Shown piece after piece: positions 9,711 to 18,845 of a stretch of DNA of 64,000 nt. The notes beneath the pieces are model-generated. The model saw only the letters and a list, made by a program, of their open reading frames with translations. It had not been told where the DNA came from and searched no databases. Position 1 is the stretch's first letter; each line of letters opens with the position of its first letter. The stretch comes from Candidatus Obscuribacterales bacterium (lineage in GTDB: Bacteria > Cyanobacteriota > Vampirovibrionia > Obscuribacterales > Obscuribacteraceae), in contig CBDDIJ010000005.1 of the NCBI GenBank assembly GCA_965228855.1, positions 448,001-512,000 on the forward strand, given 5' to 3'. The translations under genes were made by a program, and so were the position numbers.

Positions 9711-11012
9711 ATGACTCAATTCATCGACGAAACAGAAATAGTTGTCCGCTCCGGCGACGGTGGCAACGGAATGGTTGCCTGGCGGCGCGAGAAATATGAG
9801 CCGCTAGGCGGCCCGGCAGGGGGTAACGGCGGCAAGGGCGGCGACATTTATCTGAAGGCTGTCGGCGATAAAAGTACTCTGCTCGATTTTCGTTATAAGA
9901 CGGAGTACGAAGCTGAACCGGGCGCTAAAGGCGGTCCGAAGAACAGGCACGGCAGGGGCGGCAACGACCTCACCATAGAAGTTCCGGTCGGCACGATTGC
10001 TTATGATGTTGAAACTGGAAACCCAATAGCCGACCTCACTCATGACGGGCTGACCATCATGGTTGCGCAGGGTGGAAAAGGCGGACGTGGTAACACTTCG
10101 CTCGCCACTCAGCAACGACGGGCGCCTCACTTTTGTGAGCCCGGTCTGAGAGGCGTAGAACGACGCCTCAAGCTCGAGTTGAAGCTGCTGGCTGACGTGG
10201 GAATAGTGGGATTGCCGAACGCAGGCAAATCGACTCTTTTAAGTGTTCTTACTGCCGCTAAACCGAAAATCGCCGACTATCCATTCACCACACTCTCTCC
10301 TCAGCTTGGCGTCGTAAAAATGGCTGATGGACAGGGTTTCGTAATGGCAGATATTCCCGGTCTTATCGAGGGAGCGTCTCAAGGTTTGGGACTGGGACAC
10401 AAATTTTTGAAGCACGTTGAGCGCACCAGATTTTTGATACATCTTGTGGATATATCGTCTGAGAGTTTGCAGCATGACATCGAGACAATTGATAAGGAAC
10501 TGGCTGGCTACGGGACAAAGCTCAAGACCTTACCTCAGCTAATGGTCCTCAATAAAATCGATCTTGTCGATGACGATGCCACCACCAACGCCATCAATCT
10601 GGTTAAGAAGATGAAACCAGATTCGCCCGTCCTCACCATCAGTGGTGCCATAAGCGAAGGTACCAGAGAGCTTATCAACCTGGTCACCGAAAAGCTGGCG
10701 AGGTCCAGAGAGGAAGCGCCTGACGAGCTTTTCGAAGGCGACGTTCTTCCACCGGACGAGGACGCATACGCAGAAACCAGAAGCAACAGCTATTTCGAAA
10801 TTCACAGGAAGAAAAACGTCTTCACTATCGAAGGCGATCGAGCTGAGCGATTGGTTGAAGTCACCAATATGCGGGACACCGAATCGCTGCAACATCTCTA
10901 CCGGGCTTTCCGCTCGATGGGAGTAATCGACGCTCTGATCGCAGAGGGAATTCAGTCCGGGCAGACAATCAAAATCGCCGGCATCGAATTCACCTATGGT
11001 GAAGACTGGTAG
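9711..11012 (+). CDS. obgE: GTPase ObgE/CgtA
   Basis: SGDGGNG glycine-rich Obg fold, GLPNAGKST, YPFTTL, DIPG and NKID motifs, and a C-terminal OCT domain. Confidence 0.97.
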   Translation: MTQFIDETEIVVRSGDGGNGMVAWRREKYEPLGGPAGGNGGKGGDIYLKAVGDKSTLLDFRYKTEYEAEPGAKGGPKNRHGRGGNDLTIEVPVGTIAYDVETGNPIADLTHDGLTIMVAQGGKGGRGNTSLATQQRRAPHFCEPGLRGVERRLKLELKLLADVGIVGLPNAGKSTLLSVLTAAKPKIADYPFTTLSPQLGVVKMADGQGFVMADIPGLIEGASQGLGLGHKFLKHVERTRFLIHLVDISSESLQHDIETIDKELAGYGTKLKTLPQLMVLNKIDLVDDDATTNAINLVKKMKPDSPVLTISGAISEGTRELINLVTEKLARSREEAPDELFEGDVLPPDEDAYAETRSNSYFEIHRKKNVFTIEGDRAERLVEVTNMRDTESLQHLYRAFRSMGVIDALIAEGIQSGQTIKIAGIEFTYGEDW

Positions 11013-11048
11013 CCAGCGATTAGTGTTTTTTGAACGGAGAAGAGGCGA

Positions 11049-11195
11049 CTACTCGCTTTTCTCTTCTGCTTGCTGTTCCGGTGCGTTCAACGCACGCTCA
11101 AGTCTTCTCAAGTTAGCTTCTTTAGCTTTCTTCTTGAGACGTTGTGAGCGCTTTAGCACTTTAGCAGCGCGTTTCATTCCTCTTTGCTCAGCCAT
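11049..11195 (-). CDS. Small basic hypothetical protein (48 aa)
   Basis: MAEQRGMKRAAKVLKRSQRLKKKAKE..., with GGAGA RBS before ATG 11195. Fills the gap between the NUDIX gene and obgE. Confidence 0.62.
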   Translation of the reverse strand: MAEQRGMKRAAKVLKRSQRLKKKAKEANLRRLERALNAPEQQAEEKSE

Positions 11196-11303
11196 GAGCT
11201 TATCTCCATAGTTGACGGCTCGCACAACAAGAATCTGTCCGGCAGAAATCAACCGGTCTTGCGAGCTGGGATTTGCAATGATAACGAGAGATGCCCTTTT
11301 TGG

Positions 11304-11774
11304 CTACACCCACAAGTTGCCAAGATATCGAATTCCCTTACTCGACCCCCCCGAAAGCGCTTCCAGAATCTCGTCACTCACGGGAGGAAACAGAGTAAGC
11401 TTGGCCAGGTCCTCAAGCGGCAGGAAGTCAACTCCGGCAAGCACCGGTTCGTCCCCCAACTTCATCGTTCCGCCCACAACTTTGGCTTTGATAAAGATGT
11501 TTACAATATGCCGGCTGCGATCCGGTGCAAGGGCCTCCGAGAGAAACAGAAATCTCTCCACCTCGACATCCAGGCCTGTCTCTTCCTTTAGCTCACGAAT
11601 GGCGCATTCCTCGAAGGTTTCACCATATTCAAGCCGACCACCTGGCAAGACCCAGTAGCGCTGGTTGCCTTTTTTGTGCCGGACCAGAAGTATTTTGTTT
11701 TCCTTGTTGACGACCACCACAGAAACGCGTGTGGTTGGAATCGTTTTCTTGGGCGTAAACCTTCTTTTCGGCAA
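11304..11774 (-). CDS. NUDIX hydrolase
   Basis: Nudix box GGRLEYGETFEECAIRELKEETGL. Confidence 0.9.
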   Translation of the reverse strand: MPKRRFTPKKTIPTTRVSVVVVNKENKILLVRHKKGNQRYWVLPGGRLEYGETFEECAIRELKEETGLDVEVERFLFLSEALAPDRSRHIVNIFIKAKVVGGTMKLGDEPVLAGVDFLPLEDLAKLTLFPPVSDEILEALSGGSSKGIRYLGNLWV

Positions 11775-11921
11775 TTTAATACACTTCTAAATCGGTCGCC
11801 AATAAGCCATTCTAAACCTGATTGTACTCATTTTTTTTAACAGCTCATATTTCAAATTCGCAAACACTGAGCCCTGGATGAAGTAACAGTGGCGCGCGTC
11901 TGATACTTTATTAAAGTCCAT

Positions 11922-12968
11922 ATGGAGGCTGTGTTGATGTCACTTGAACAACAGCTGAAGGACCTGGAGCAGGAAGCTGCCAGGGACATAGCTGCTACCG
12001 ATAGTCTGGAACCGCTCGAAGAGCTTCGCCGCAAACACTTAGGCAAAAGCGGTGAAATTACCGCGATCTTGCGCGGGCTGGCAAAGCTCGAGGTTGAAGA
12101 AAAGAAAAAGGTCGGGCAGCTCGCCAACGAAATCAAAGACTCGATTCAAAACCTGCTCGACAACAGGCGCAAAGGACTCGAAGCTGAAGCCCTCAGCGCC
12201 AGGCTTTCGCAAGAAGTGATCGACGTCACTCTTCCCGGAACCCGCAGCGAACTCGGTCACATTCATCCTCTCACGCAAGTTACGGAAGAAATCATTTCGA
12301 TTTTTTACGGTATGGGCTTCACCGTCGCTGAGGGTCCGGAGGTTGAAACCGACTACTTCAATTTCGACGCTTTGAACACTCCGAAAGATCACCCGGCCCG
12401 AGACGAACAGGACACGTTCTACACTAACGTGCGCCCCGATGTTCTTTTAAGGAGTCAAACATCCACCGTTCAAATCCGGGTAATGAACAGCAAGAAGCCA
12501 CCACTTCGCGTAATTTCGCCGGGTCGCGTTTACCGGAACGAAGAAGTGAATGCCAGAAAGTATCCGCTTTTCCATCAGCTCGAAGGACTGCTCGTCGATC
12601 GCGATGTCACTTTCGGACAGCTGAAGGGAACGTTGAATGCGTTCATTCGAGAGCTTTTTGGCAAGCCGCTCAAAACACGCTTTCGCCCGGACTTTTTCCC
12701 GTTCACAGAACCAAGCGCGGAACTGGACAGCCAGTGCCCGTTTTGCGAAGGCTCAGGCTGCCGCACTTGCGGCAACAGAGGCTGGCTGGAACTGCTCGGA
12801 TGCGGCATGGTCGATCCGAACGTTCTTCAAGGCGCTGGCATAGATCCCGAAGAGTGGAGCGGTTTCGCCTTCGGCATGGGTATCGAACGACTTGCCATGC
12901 TGCGTTACGGCATTAACGACATTCGCCACTTCTACAACAACGATTTGCGTTTTCTCCGCCAGTTCTAA
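11922..12968 (+). CDS. pheS: Phenylalanine-tRNA ligase alpha subunit
   Basis: GHIHPL, NFDALN, HPARDEQDTF, LLRSQTS, FHQLEG, FPFTEPS and GFAFGMGIERLAM motifs. Start may be ATG 11937. Confidence 0.97.
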   Translation: MEAVLMSLEQQLKDLEQEAARDIAATDSLEPLEELRRKHLGKSGEITAILRGLAKLEVEEKKKVGQLANEIKDSIQNLLDNRRKGLEAEALSARLSQEVIDVTLPGTRSELGHIHPLTQVTEEIISIFYGMGFTVAEGPEVETDYFNFDALNTPKDHPARDEQDTFYTNVRPDVLLRSQTSTVQIRVMNSKKPPLRVISPGRVYRNEEVNARKYPLFHQLEGLLVDRDVTFGQLKGTLNAFIRELFGKPLKTRFRPDFFPFTEPSAELDSQCPFCEGSGCRTCGNRGWLELLGCGMVDPNVLQGAGIDPEEWSGFAFGMGIERLAMLRYGINDIRHFYNNDLRFLRQF

Positions 12969-13017
12969 ACGGCGCTCGAACCAAGCTACAACCTCTATAC
13001 ATCAGGATTTTGAGTAA

Positions 13018-15573
13018 ATGAAACTTTCCTACAGTTGGCTCTGCGATTATGTCAACCTCGACGGAATCGAAATAGAAGACGTTAAGGACAGGCTCACCAT
13101 GGGCGCTTTCGAGGTCGAAGAGATGTCGAAAGAGGGTCCGGATCTTACCGGTCCGGTTGTCGTTGGCGAAATCGTCGACATCAAGACACATCCGAACGCC
13201 GATAAAATCAGACTCACCAAGGTCAAACTCAAAAAAGATCAGGATCCAGTCGAGATTGTTTGCGGTGCGCAAAATATCGAAGTCGGTCAGCGAATTCCGG
13301 TTGCGCTTCCTGGTTCTATCGTCGTGAACCGAAAGACCGGCGAGAAGCTGGAGATCAAAGCCGGCGAGATCAGAGGCGTTCTATCCAACGGCATGCTCTG
13401 TTCACCGCCCGAGCTTGGTATCACCGATGGTGACTCAGAAGGCATACTGGTTCTATCCAGACCTGGAGAAAACGGTGTTGAACTGGGTATCGACATCATC
13501 GAGCACCTGTCGTTGAAACCAGACTATGTCATGCACGTCGCGCCTCGCTCCAACCGCGGAGACGCGTTGAGCGTGATTGGTCTTGCGCGCGAGATGGCAG
13601 CCCTGACCGGACGCAAGCTGGAAATTCCGGATTGGAAATTGAACGTCGAAGGTGACGATAATGTCTACCAGGACAAAGAAGGCGAAAAGGTCGGTTTATC
13701 CACAAGCATCGAGAACACCGAGGATTGCCCCTATTTCTCTATTAGATTGATTGAAAACGTCAAGGTCGGCCCATCTCCCGATTGGTTGGCTCGCCGTCTT
13801 GAGTCTCTGGGATTGAGAACCGTGAATAACGTGGTTGATATAACCAACTACGTTATGCTCGAGTACGGTCAACCTCTTCACGCCTACGATCTTGCAAAGG
13901 TCAAAGGCGGGACGATCGCTGTGCGCCGCGCGAGAAGCGGAGAGAAGCTCGTGTCGCTCGACGGCAAAGTACGCGATCTCACCGATGAAGTGCTAGCTAT
14001 CGTCGACACGGAAAACGTGATTGGGCTTGCCGGAATCATGGGCGGCAAAGACTCCGAAATCAGTGAAAGCACCACCACGATCGCGCTCGAAGCAGCGGCC
14101 TTCACTCCTGCTCGTGTCCGCAGAGGCAGCCGCTTGATGGGACTCTCCAGCGACAGCTCACTGCGCTTCGAGCGGGGAGTTGATGTGGAGACTGTTCGCG
14201 CCGCTTCCGACCGGGCGGCATACTTAATCTCGAAATACTGCGGAGCCGATGTGAAAGTGAAGAGTCTTTTCCAGTCAGGCTCTCCGAAGACTACACCGAA
14301 AAAAGTCTCCATGCGACTCAGCCAGGTCAAACGGCTTCTCGACGTCGATATGCCGGCCGCAGACGCCATCAAATACTTGACCAGCCTCGGTTTCAAACCG
14401 GAGCCACAAACAAATCCTGACGAGATAACCGTCGAAGTGCCGAGTTTCAGACGCGAGGATGTGACACGCGAGATAGATCTCATCGAGGAAGTCTGCAGGC
14501 TATTCGGGTACGACAATCTTCCTGAGGCTATGCCGCGCTCCTCAGCCTGCCCTGAGCGTGCCGACCAACTCATACGCGACGTACGTTTCGCCCTTTCCGG
14601 ACAAGGTCTTTCCGAAGCATGGCTCAGCAGTTTGCGAGGAGAGAGCAGTCTGACTGAGAGCGAAACCGTCGTTCGCGTTTTAAACCCTCTCTCCAAGGAT
14701 CACCAGGCTTTGAGACAGAGTCTCATTCCAGGCATGATTGATGCAGTCAAATACAACCTTGACCGCGGCGTGAAAGACGTTTGGTTGTTTGAAACAGGCC
14801 GCGTTTACGAACGGGTCGAAGAGAAGTCGGAATTGGACAAATGGTCGACTGGCGTAGCAGAGAGAACTTTAGTTGCCGCAGTAATTACCGGATCTCTTGT
14901 GAAACAGGTGACCAAGAGCGATAAAGTGAAAGAGAAAGTTATCGCAAAGGCTTCGCTAGAGGAGAAGGTAGACTTTTACCGCATCAAAGGCATTGCCGAG
15001 TCGATGCTTGAAAAAACGGGAGTACCGGTCACGAGGTTACGCTTCTTCCGACCGAAAAACGCTCCTGCATACTTGCATCCATATCGAGCCTGTGTAATTG
15101 CCGTAGCTCCGGCTGATAAATTTCCTCGCGACGTCGAAGGAAAAATGGAAGATCGTCTTGTCAAGCTGGGGCTGATTGGTGAAGTTCATCCAGGCTATCT
15201 GGCGGAAAAAGATCTCAGAGATGCAGTTTATGCTTTTGAACTCGATCTGGAGCAAATCGCAAAATCCCTCGTGGTTGGCGGCTTTAAGGAGCCGGCCAGC
15301 ACGCCGGCAATGACCCGAGATCTGACGGTGGACATGAAGGACTCGACAGACCACGCAGCGGTGCAAGGCTCGATTGAAATGTCGGGAGGCGCATCACTAG
15401 TGGATGTTGAGCTTGTCAGCATCTACCCACTGGAGGAAGGAACTCGCAGCCTGTCGTACCGCCTGACCTTCCAGGACAGAGAGAAAACTCTGACCACCGA
15501 CGAGGTCGATAAAATCATGGGCAAGGTAAGAGACAACCTCGTATCCAAGATGGGCGGCAAGTTTCGAGCTTAG
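13018..15573 (+). CDS. pheT: Phenylalanine-tRNA ligase beta subunit
   Basis: MKLSYSWL, HPNADK, IVCGAQN, NRGDALS, NNVVDITNY, RFERGVD and DLIEEV motifs, and a C-terminal FDX-ACB domain. Confidence 0.97.
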   Translation: MKLSYSWLCDYVNLDGIEIEDVKDRLTMGAFEVEEMSKEGPDLTGPVVVGEIVDIKTHPNADKIRLTKVKLKKDQDPVEIVCGAQNIEVGQRIPVALPGSIVVNRKTGEKLEIKAGEIRGVLSNGMLCSPPELGITDGDSEGILVLSRPGENGVELGIDIIEHLSLKPDYVMHVAPRSNRGDALSVIGLAREMAALTGRKLEIPDWKLNVEGDDNVYQDKEGEKVGLSTSIENTEDCPYFSIRLIENVKVGPSPDWLARRLESLGLRTVNNVVDITNYVMLEYGQPLHAYDLAKVKGGTIAVRRARSGEKLVSLDGKVRDLTDEVLAIVDTENVIGLAGIMGGKDSEISESTTTIALEAAAFTPARVRRGSRLMGLSSDSSLRFERGVDVETVRAASDRAAYLISKYCGADVKVKSLFQSGSPKTTPKKVSMRLSQVKRLLDVDMPAADAIKYLTSLGFKPEPQTNPDEITVEVPSFRREDVTREIDLIEEVCRLFGYDNLPEAMPRSSACPERADQLIRDVRFALSGQGLSEAWLSSLRGESSLTESETVVRVLNPLSKDHQALRQSLIPGMIDAVKYNLDRGVKDVWLFETGRVYERVEEKSELDKWSTGVAERTLVAAVITGSLVKQVTKSDKVKEKVIAKASLEEKVDFYRIKGIAESMLEKTGVPVTRLRFFRPKNAPAYLHPYRACVIAVAPADKFPRDVEGKMEDRLVKLGLIGEVHPGYLAEKDLRDAVYAFELDLEQIAKSLVVGGFKEPASTPAMTRDLTVDMKDSTDHAAVQGSIEMSGGASLVDVELVSIYPLEEGTRSLSYRLTFQDREKTLTTDEVDKIMGKVRDNLVSKMGGKFRA

Positions 15574-15616
15574 CGCCGTAGTCGATTGTCGACAATCGAG
15601 CCCGGGGAACTTCTGT

Positions 15617-15652
15617 GCCGGTGCGCGTTGTAAGACGCCTGCGCCGGTTTTC
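15617..15652 (+). terminator. Probable pheT terminator
   Basis: Imperfect GC hairpin GCCGGTGCGCG...CGCCTGCGCCGG followed by TTTT. Confidence 0.5.
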
Positions 15653-15824
15653 AACTGCTGCAAATCTCGCAATCGGTTTCAGTCGCGACACGTCGGATAT
15701 TCTCGGGAATAACGAGAATGGGGTTGCCAATTTGACATAATAGTTAGGAGTTACTAGTTAGTTTTTCAACTCGGGTATATAGCTCACACAGTTACTCGTT
15801 AAGAAGTAGGCAAGTAGTCGTTAG

Positions 15825-18794
15825 ATGTACAAACTGTCATTCAAACTTTCCCCTCTGGGCATTGTTGCGCCGCTCATCTTTGCGGCAGCGGCGATTATGT
15901 TGCCGCAGCAGCCGATGCTGGCGGGAGGAAATTCGTTCCACATCAGCGTTTTATTCGTCACATTAATCGGTGTTGCACTGATTGGCTCGCTGATACTTTA
16001 CGATAGGGCATCCAAAATTCAGAAGTATCAGGCAGCGCTTTCGATTTTCGCTTTTGCATCGCTGTACGGACTTCTCGGCAATTTGTTCTACAATTTCTGG
16101 AAGTTTTCTCCAGGCATGATGGTCGAGTTCAGCTGGGCTCAGCTGGTGATAATGAATCTCGGCGGTCTTGGAACGACTTTTGCTTTGTTCAAATTGGAAC
16201 CTTTCGATAACTTCGCATCCGGCGGGTTGGAAAGACTTCAAAAAGGCAAGGTCGCCGAATCCGGTCCACAAGAACCGGTGCCGACCGGGACGATACCGTC
16301 TGCTCTTCAAGACGCAGAGTCGGCTGAAGACTTCATGAAGTCCAAAGTAGGTGGGCTTCGCGGTTTGACATCGTCGAAGACGGATATGCAGGCGGTCGTG
16401 CCCCCGGCTGAAACTGTCACCAATCGCAAGACTCCAAGCAGTGTCGAAAGTGCGCAAGCGATAATGACACCGCCCGTAGAGATCGACCTCGACGCCTCTG
16501 ATGAGATGCTGTCGGGTCCGCTCAACCCTTCTCCTAACGCTCCGGCAGCTCGCACAGGTCCAGCACCCGGAGGTCCCTCCGACGCAAAGAATTCTGCGAC
16601 CAACAGCCGTTTGCAAGCGCAAAAGCGTCGAAACACAAGCACGTTTACCAAACTGCAAGCGCTATCGGCCAGCGGAACCGGTTCGTTGAAACCGACGCCG
16701 ATTCAAGACACCACAGGTGGTGGTGACCTGAGAAGCCTGCTCGACAGACTTGATACCGAAGATGAAAGCACGGACTACGAGGCACTTCCAAAACCTGAAG
16801 AGATTCGCATCGCCGTCCTCTTCTCCGAAGTTACGGACAAACCGAAGAGTGCCGAATCCACTAAGCCACAGCCGGCAGCATCGAGGCCGCAACCACTGGC
16901 ACAACCAGCCCGACCGGCAGCTAAAGACTCTCCTGCTCGCCCGGGTACGACACAGTCGACACCGGCCCGCCCCGCACCAGGCACCGCTGGTGGTGGCAAG
17001 GAAGAACGCCCCGTCGGCGGCTTAGCTGCGAAAATGGCAGAAAAGAGACAGCAGACTCCGGCGCCTACGGGCAACTCACCCGACCTCCTCAGCCTCCTGG
17101 ACAGAGCAGAAGCGCTAGCCGACGACGACGACGAGAAAAAGGAAGTTCCGGAAGTAACTGAATTCGAAGCAGCTCCTGCAAAACCGGACAAAACCGCTCC
17201 GGCTGCCAGTGCACCGGAATCGAAATCGGCAGAGAAAACGTCCAACGAAGATGCAGGCGGTTTACTGTCCAGAAGATTCATGGAGATGTCCGAGGACGAA
17301 GAGGAGGAGGAGGCGCCCGCTCCAACCGCGAGCGAACCGCTCATCGAATCGCCACCTGAGCCAGAACCACAGGAAGAAGAAGAGAAGGTATTCGCCGAGA
17401 ATGTCGACTCTGAAATCGACGACATTTTCACGTCACTGGCACCGGCAGAAAGCCAACGCGAAGTCTCACACGAAGCCGAAGTCGAAGTCGAAGCAGGTTC
17501 TGAAGAAGAATCAGAGGTAGCGCCAGCCGCTCCCGAAGAGGAAGCGCCGCAGCCAGAACCAATCGCAGAGGAAGAACCAGAAGCTTCGGAACAACCAGCT
17601 GAACCATCGGAAGATGAAGACGGCGACCGTGAAACATTGTTCGGAGACAATGTCGACGGAGACGTAGACGACCTCTTCTCGAACCTGGCTCCAGCCGAGG
17701 CTCAGATGAATGTCGGAGACAGACCTCTAAAATCTCAGACCGAGGAAGAAGCCGAAGATAAGCAAGAGGAGCCAGTCGAGGAGGAAGCCCCAGCGGCGCC
17801 TGAGGAAGTTGACCAGGAAGCTACCGGCGACTTCGTCATGCCTACCGATAAAGACGAAGAGCCGGCTGAGGAACAGTCATCAGAAGAAGACGGAGACTCT
17901 CTGTTTGCACTCGGAGACTCCGATGTAGACGATATCTTCGCGGGTATTGCCGGTGAACAACTGGACGTGAACGCCGAGACCTTGAAAAAGGTCAAAGAGG
18001 GCGAGAAACCAGAACCACCGATGCCTACTTCTTTGGTCGAGACAGGTGATCGCATACCGGTCATCTCTGCGGAACCGAAGAGCGCAAAACAAACCGGCGA
18101 CATGCCTGCCATGTCGAAAGAGCAGGCCGCAAAGATCAAAGATGACATAGAGAAGCAAGCCACTGAAGATGAGGACTCCGAAGAGGAAGAAAGCGTCGAA
18201 GCAGAAGCCGCTCCTGTGTCCCCTGAGAAGGCGAAACTGCAGAAGGAGCTAAAAGAGTTCGGCACGCTTTCGACACGCTCTGCAAAGGCTCCCAAAGCTC
18301 AGGGCGAAAGCGTCGGAACAATGAAGACGATCGGAAAACTTCTGATCGATAACCAGGCAATAGAAAACATCATTAAAGCCGGCGAACAACGTAAGCTAGG
18401 GCAGAATCTGTCGACCGCCCGGATCATCAGCTCGGCACGCGGTCAGGGCATCATGGAATTGCTCCACAAAATCGATCAATACGAGGGTGTGTTCGGCAGC
18501 ATCATCGTCGGTCATGATGGACTGGTCATGGCGTCCACACTCAAGGAAGGTTGGGACAAGGACATCATGGGTGCCCTGTCGACTGCCCTTCTATCAACAA
18601 GCAACCTGACCACCAAGAAATTGGAAATTGGAAAACTTCGTCAGATGGTCATGCTAACGAAGGACGGCGATAAGGAGAAGACAACCATCCTCACCGATGT
18701 CGACGTCGGCATTCTCGCAGTTTTTGTGGAGGAAACAGACATCTCCAAAATCGACGGAATGCTCGATACCATCCACAAAACCATTCATGGATAA
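15825..18794 (+). CDS. Membrane-anchored acidic low-complexity protein with C-terminal Roadblock/LC7 (MglB-like) domain
   Basis: About 4 N-terminal hydrophobic helices, a long Pro/Ala then Glu/Asp-rich region, and C-terminal GVFGSIIVGHDGLVMASTL...MGALS...LEIGKLRQMVM, typical of Roadblock/LC7. Confidence 0.85.
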   Translation: MYKLSFKLSPLGIVAPLIFAAAAIMLPQQPMLAGGNSFHISVLFVTLIGVALIGSLILYDRASKIQKYQAALSIFAFASLYGLLGNLFYNFWKFSPGMMVEFSWAQLVIMNLGGLGTTFALFKLEPFDNFASGGLERLQKGKVAESGPQEPVPTGTIPSALQDAESAEDFMKSKVGGLRGLTSSKTDMQAVVPPAETVTNRKTPSSVESAQAIMTPPVEIDLDASDEMLSGPLNPSPNAPAARTGPAPGGPSDAKNSATNSRLQAQKRRNTSTFTKLQALSASGTGSLKPTPIQDTTGGGDLRSLLDRLDTEDESTDYEALPKPEEIRIAVLFSEVTDKPKSAESTKPQPAASRPQPLAQPARPAAKDSPARPGTTQSTPARPAPGTAGGGKEERPVGGLAAKMAEKRQQTPAPTGNSPDLLSLLDRAEALADDDDEKKEVPEVTEFEAAPAKPDKTAPAASAPESKSAEKTSNEDAGGLLSRRFMEMSEDEEEEEAPAPTASEPLIESPPEPEPQEEEEKVFAENVDSEIDDIFTSLAPAESQREVSHEAEVEVEAGSEEESEVAPAAPEEEAPQPEPIAEEEPEASEQPAEPSEDEDGDRETLFGDNVDGDVDDLFSNLAPAEAQMNVGDRPLKSQTEEEAEDKQEEPVEEEAPAAPEEVDQEATGDFVMPTDKDEEPAEEQSSEEDGDSLFALGDSDVDDIFAGIAGEQLDVNAETLKKVKEGEKPEPPMPTSLVETGDRIPVISAEPKSAKQTGDMPAMSKEQAAKIKDDIEKQATEDEDSEEEESVEAEAAPVSPEKAKLQKELKEFGTLSTRSAKAPKAQGESVGTMKTIGKLLIDNQAIENIIKAGEQRKLGQNLSTARIISSARGQGIMELLHKIDQYEGVFGSIIVGHDGLVMASTLKEGWDKDIMGALSTALLSTSNLTTKKLEIGKLRQMVMLTKDGDKEKTTILTDVDVGILAVFVEETDISKIDGMLDTIHKTIHG

Positions 18795-18800
18795 CTGAAG

Positions 18801-18831
18801 AAACCGGACTTGCCAGTCAAGTCCGGTTTTT
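18801..18831. terminator. Bidirectional intrinsic terminator
   Basis: AAACCGGACTTG-CCAGT-CAAGTCCGGTTT then TT, between convergent genes. Confidence 0.85.
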
Positions 18832-18845
18832 ACTTTGCCCAACCG

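Noticed and set aside
12734..12790. CPFC...CRTC zinc ribbon in PheS
   Set aside because: A common insertion in many bacterial PheS proteins, so not novel.
16775..17650. 291-aa Ser-rich minus-strand ORF
   Set aside because: Antisense shadow of the Glu/Ala/Pro-rich part of the Roadblock protein.
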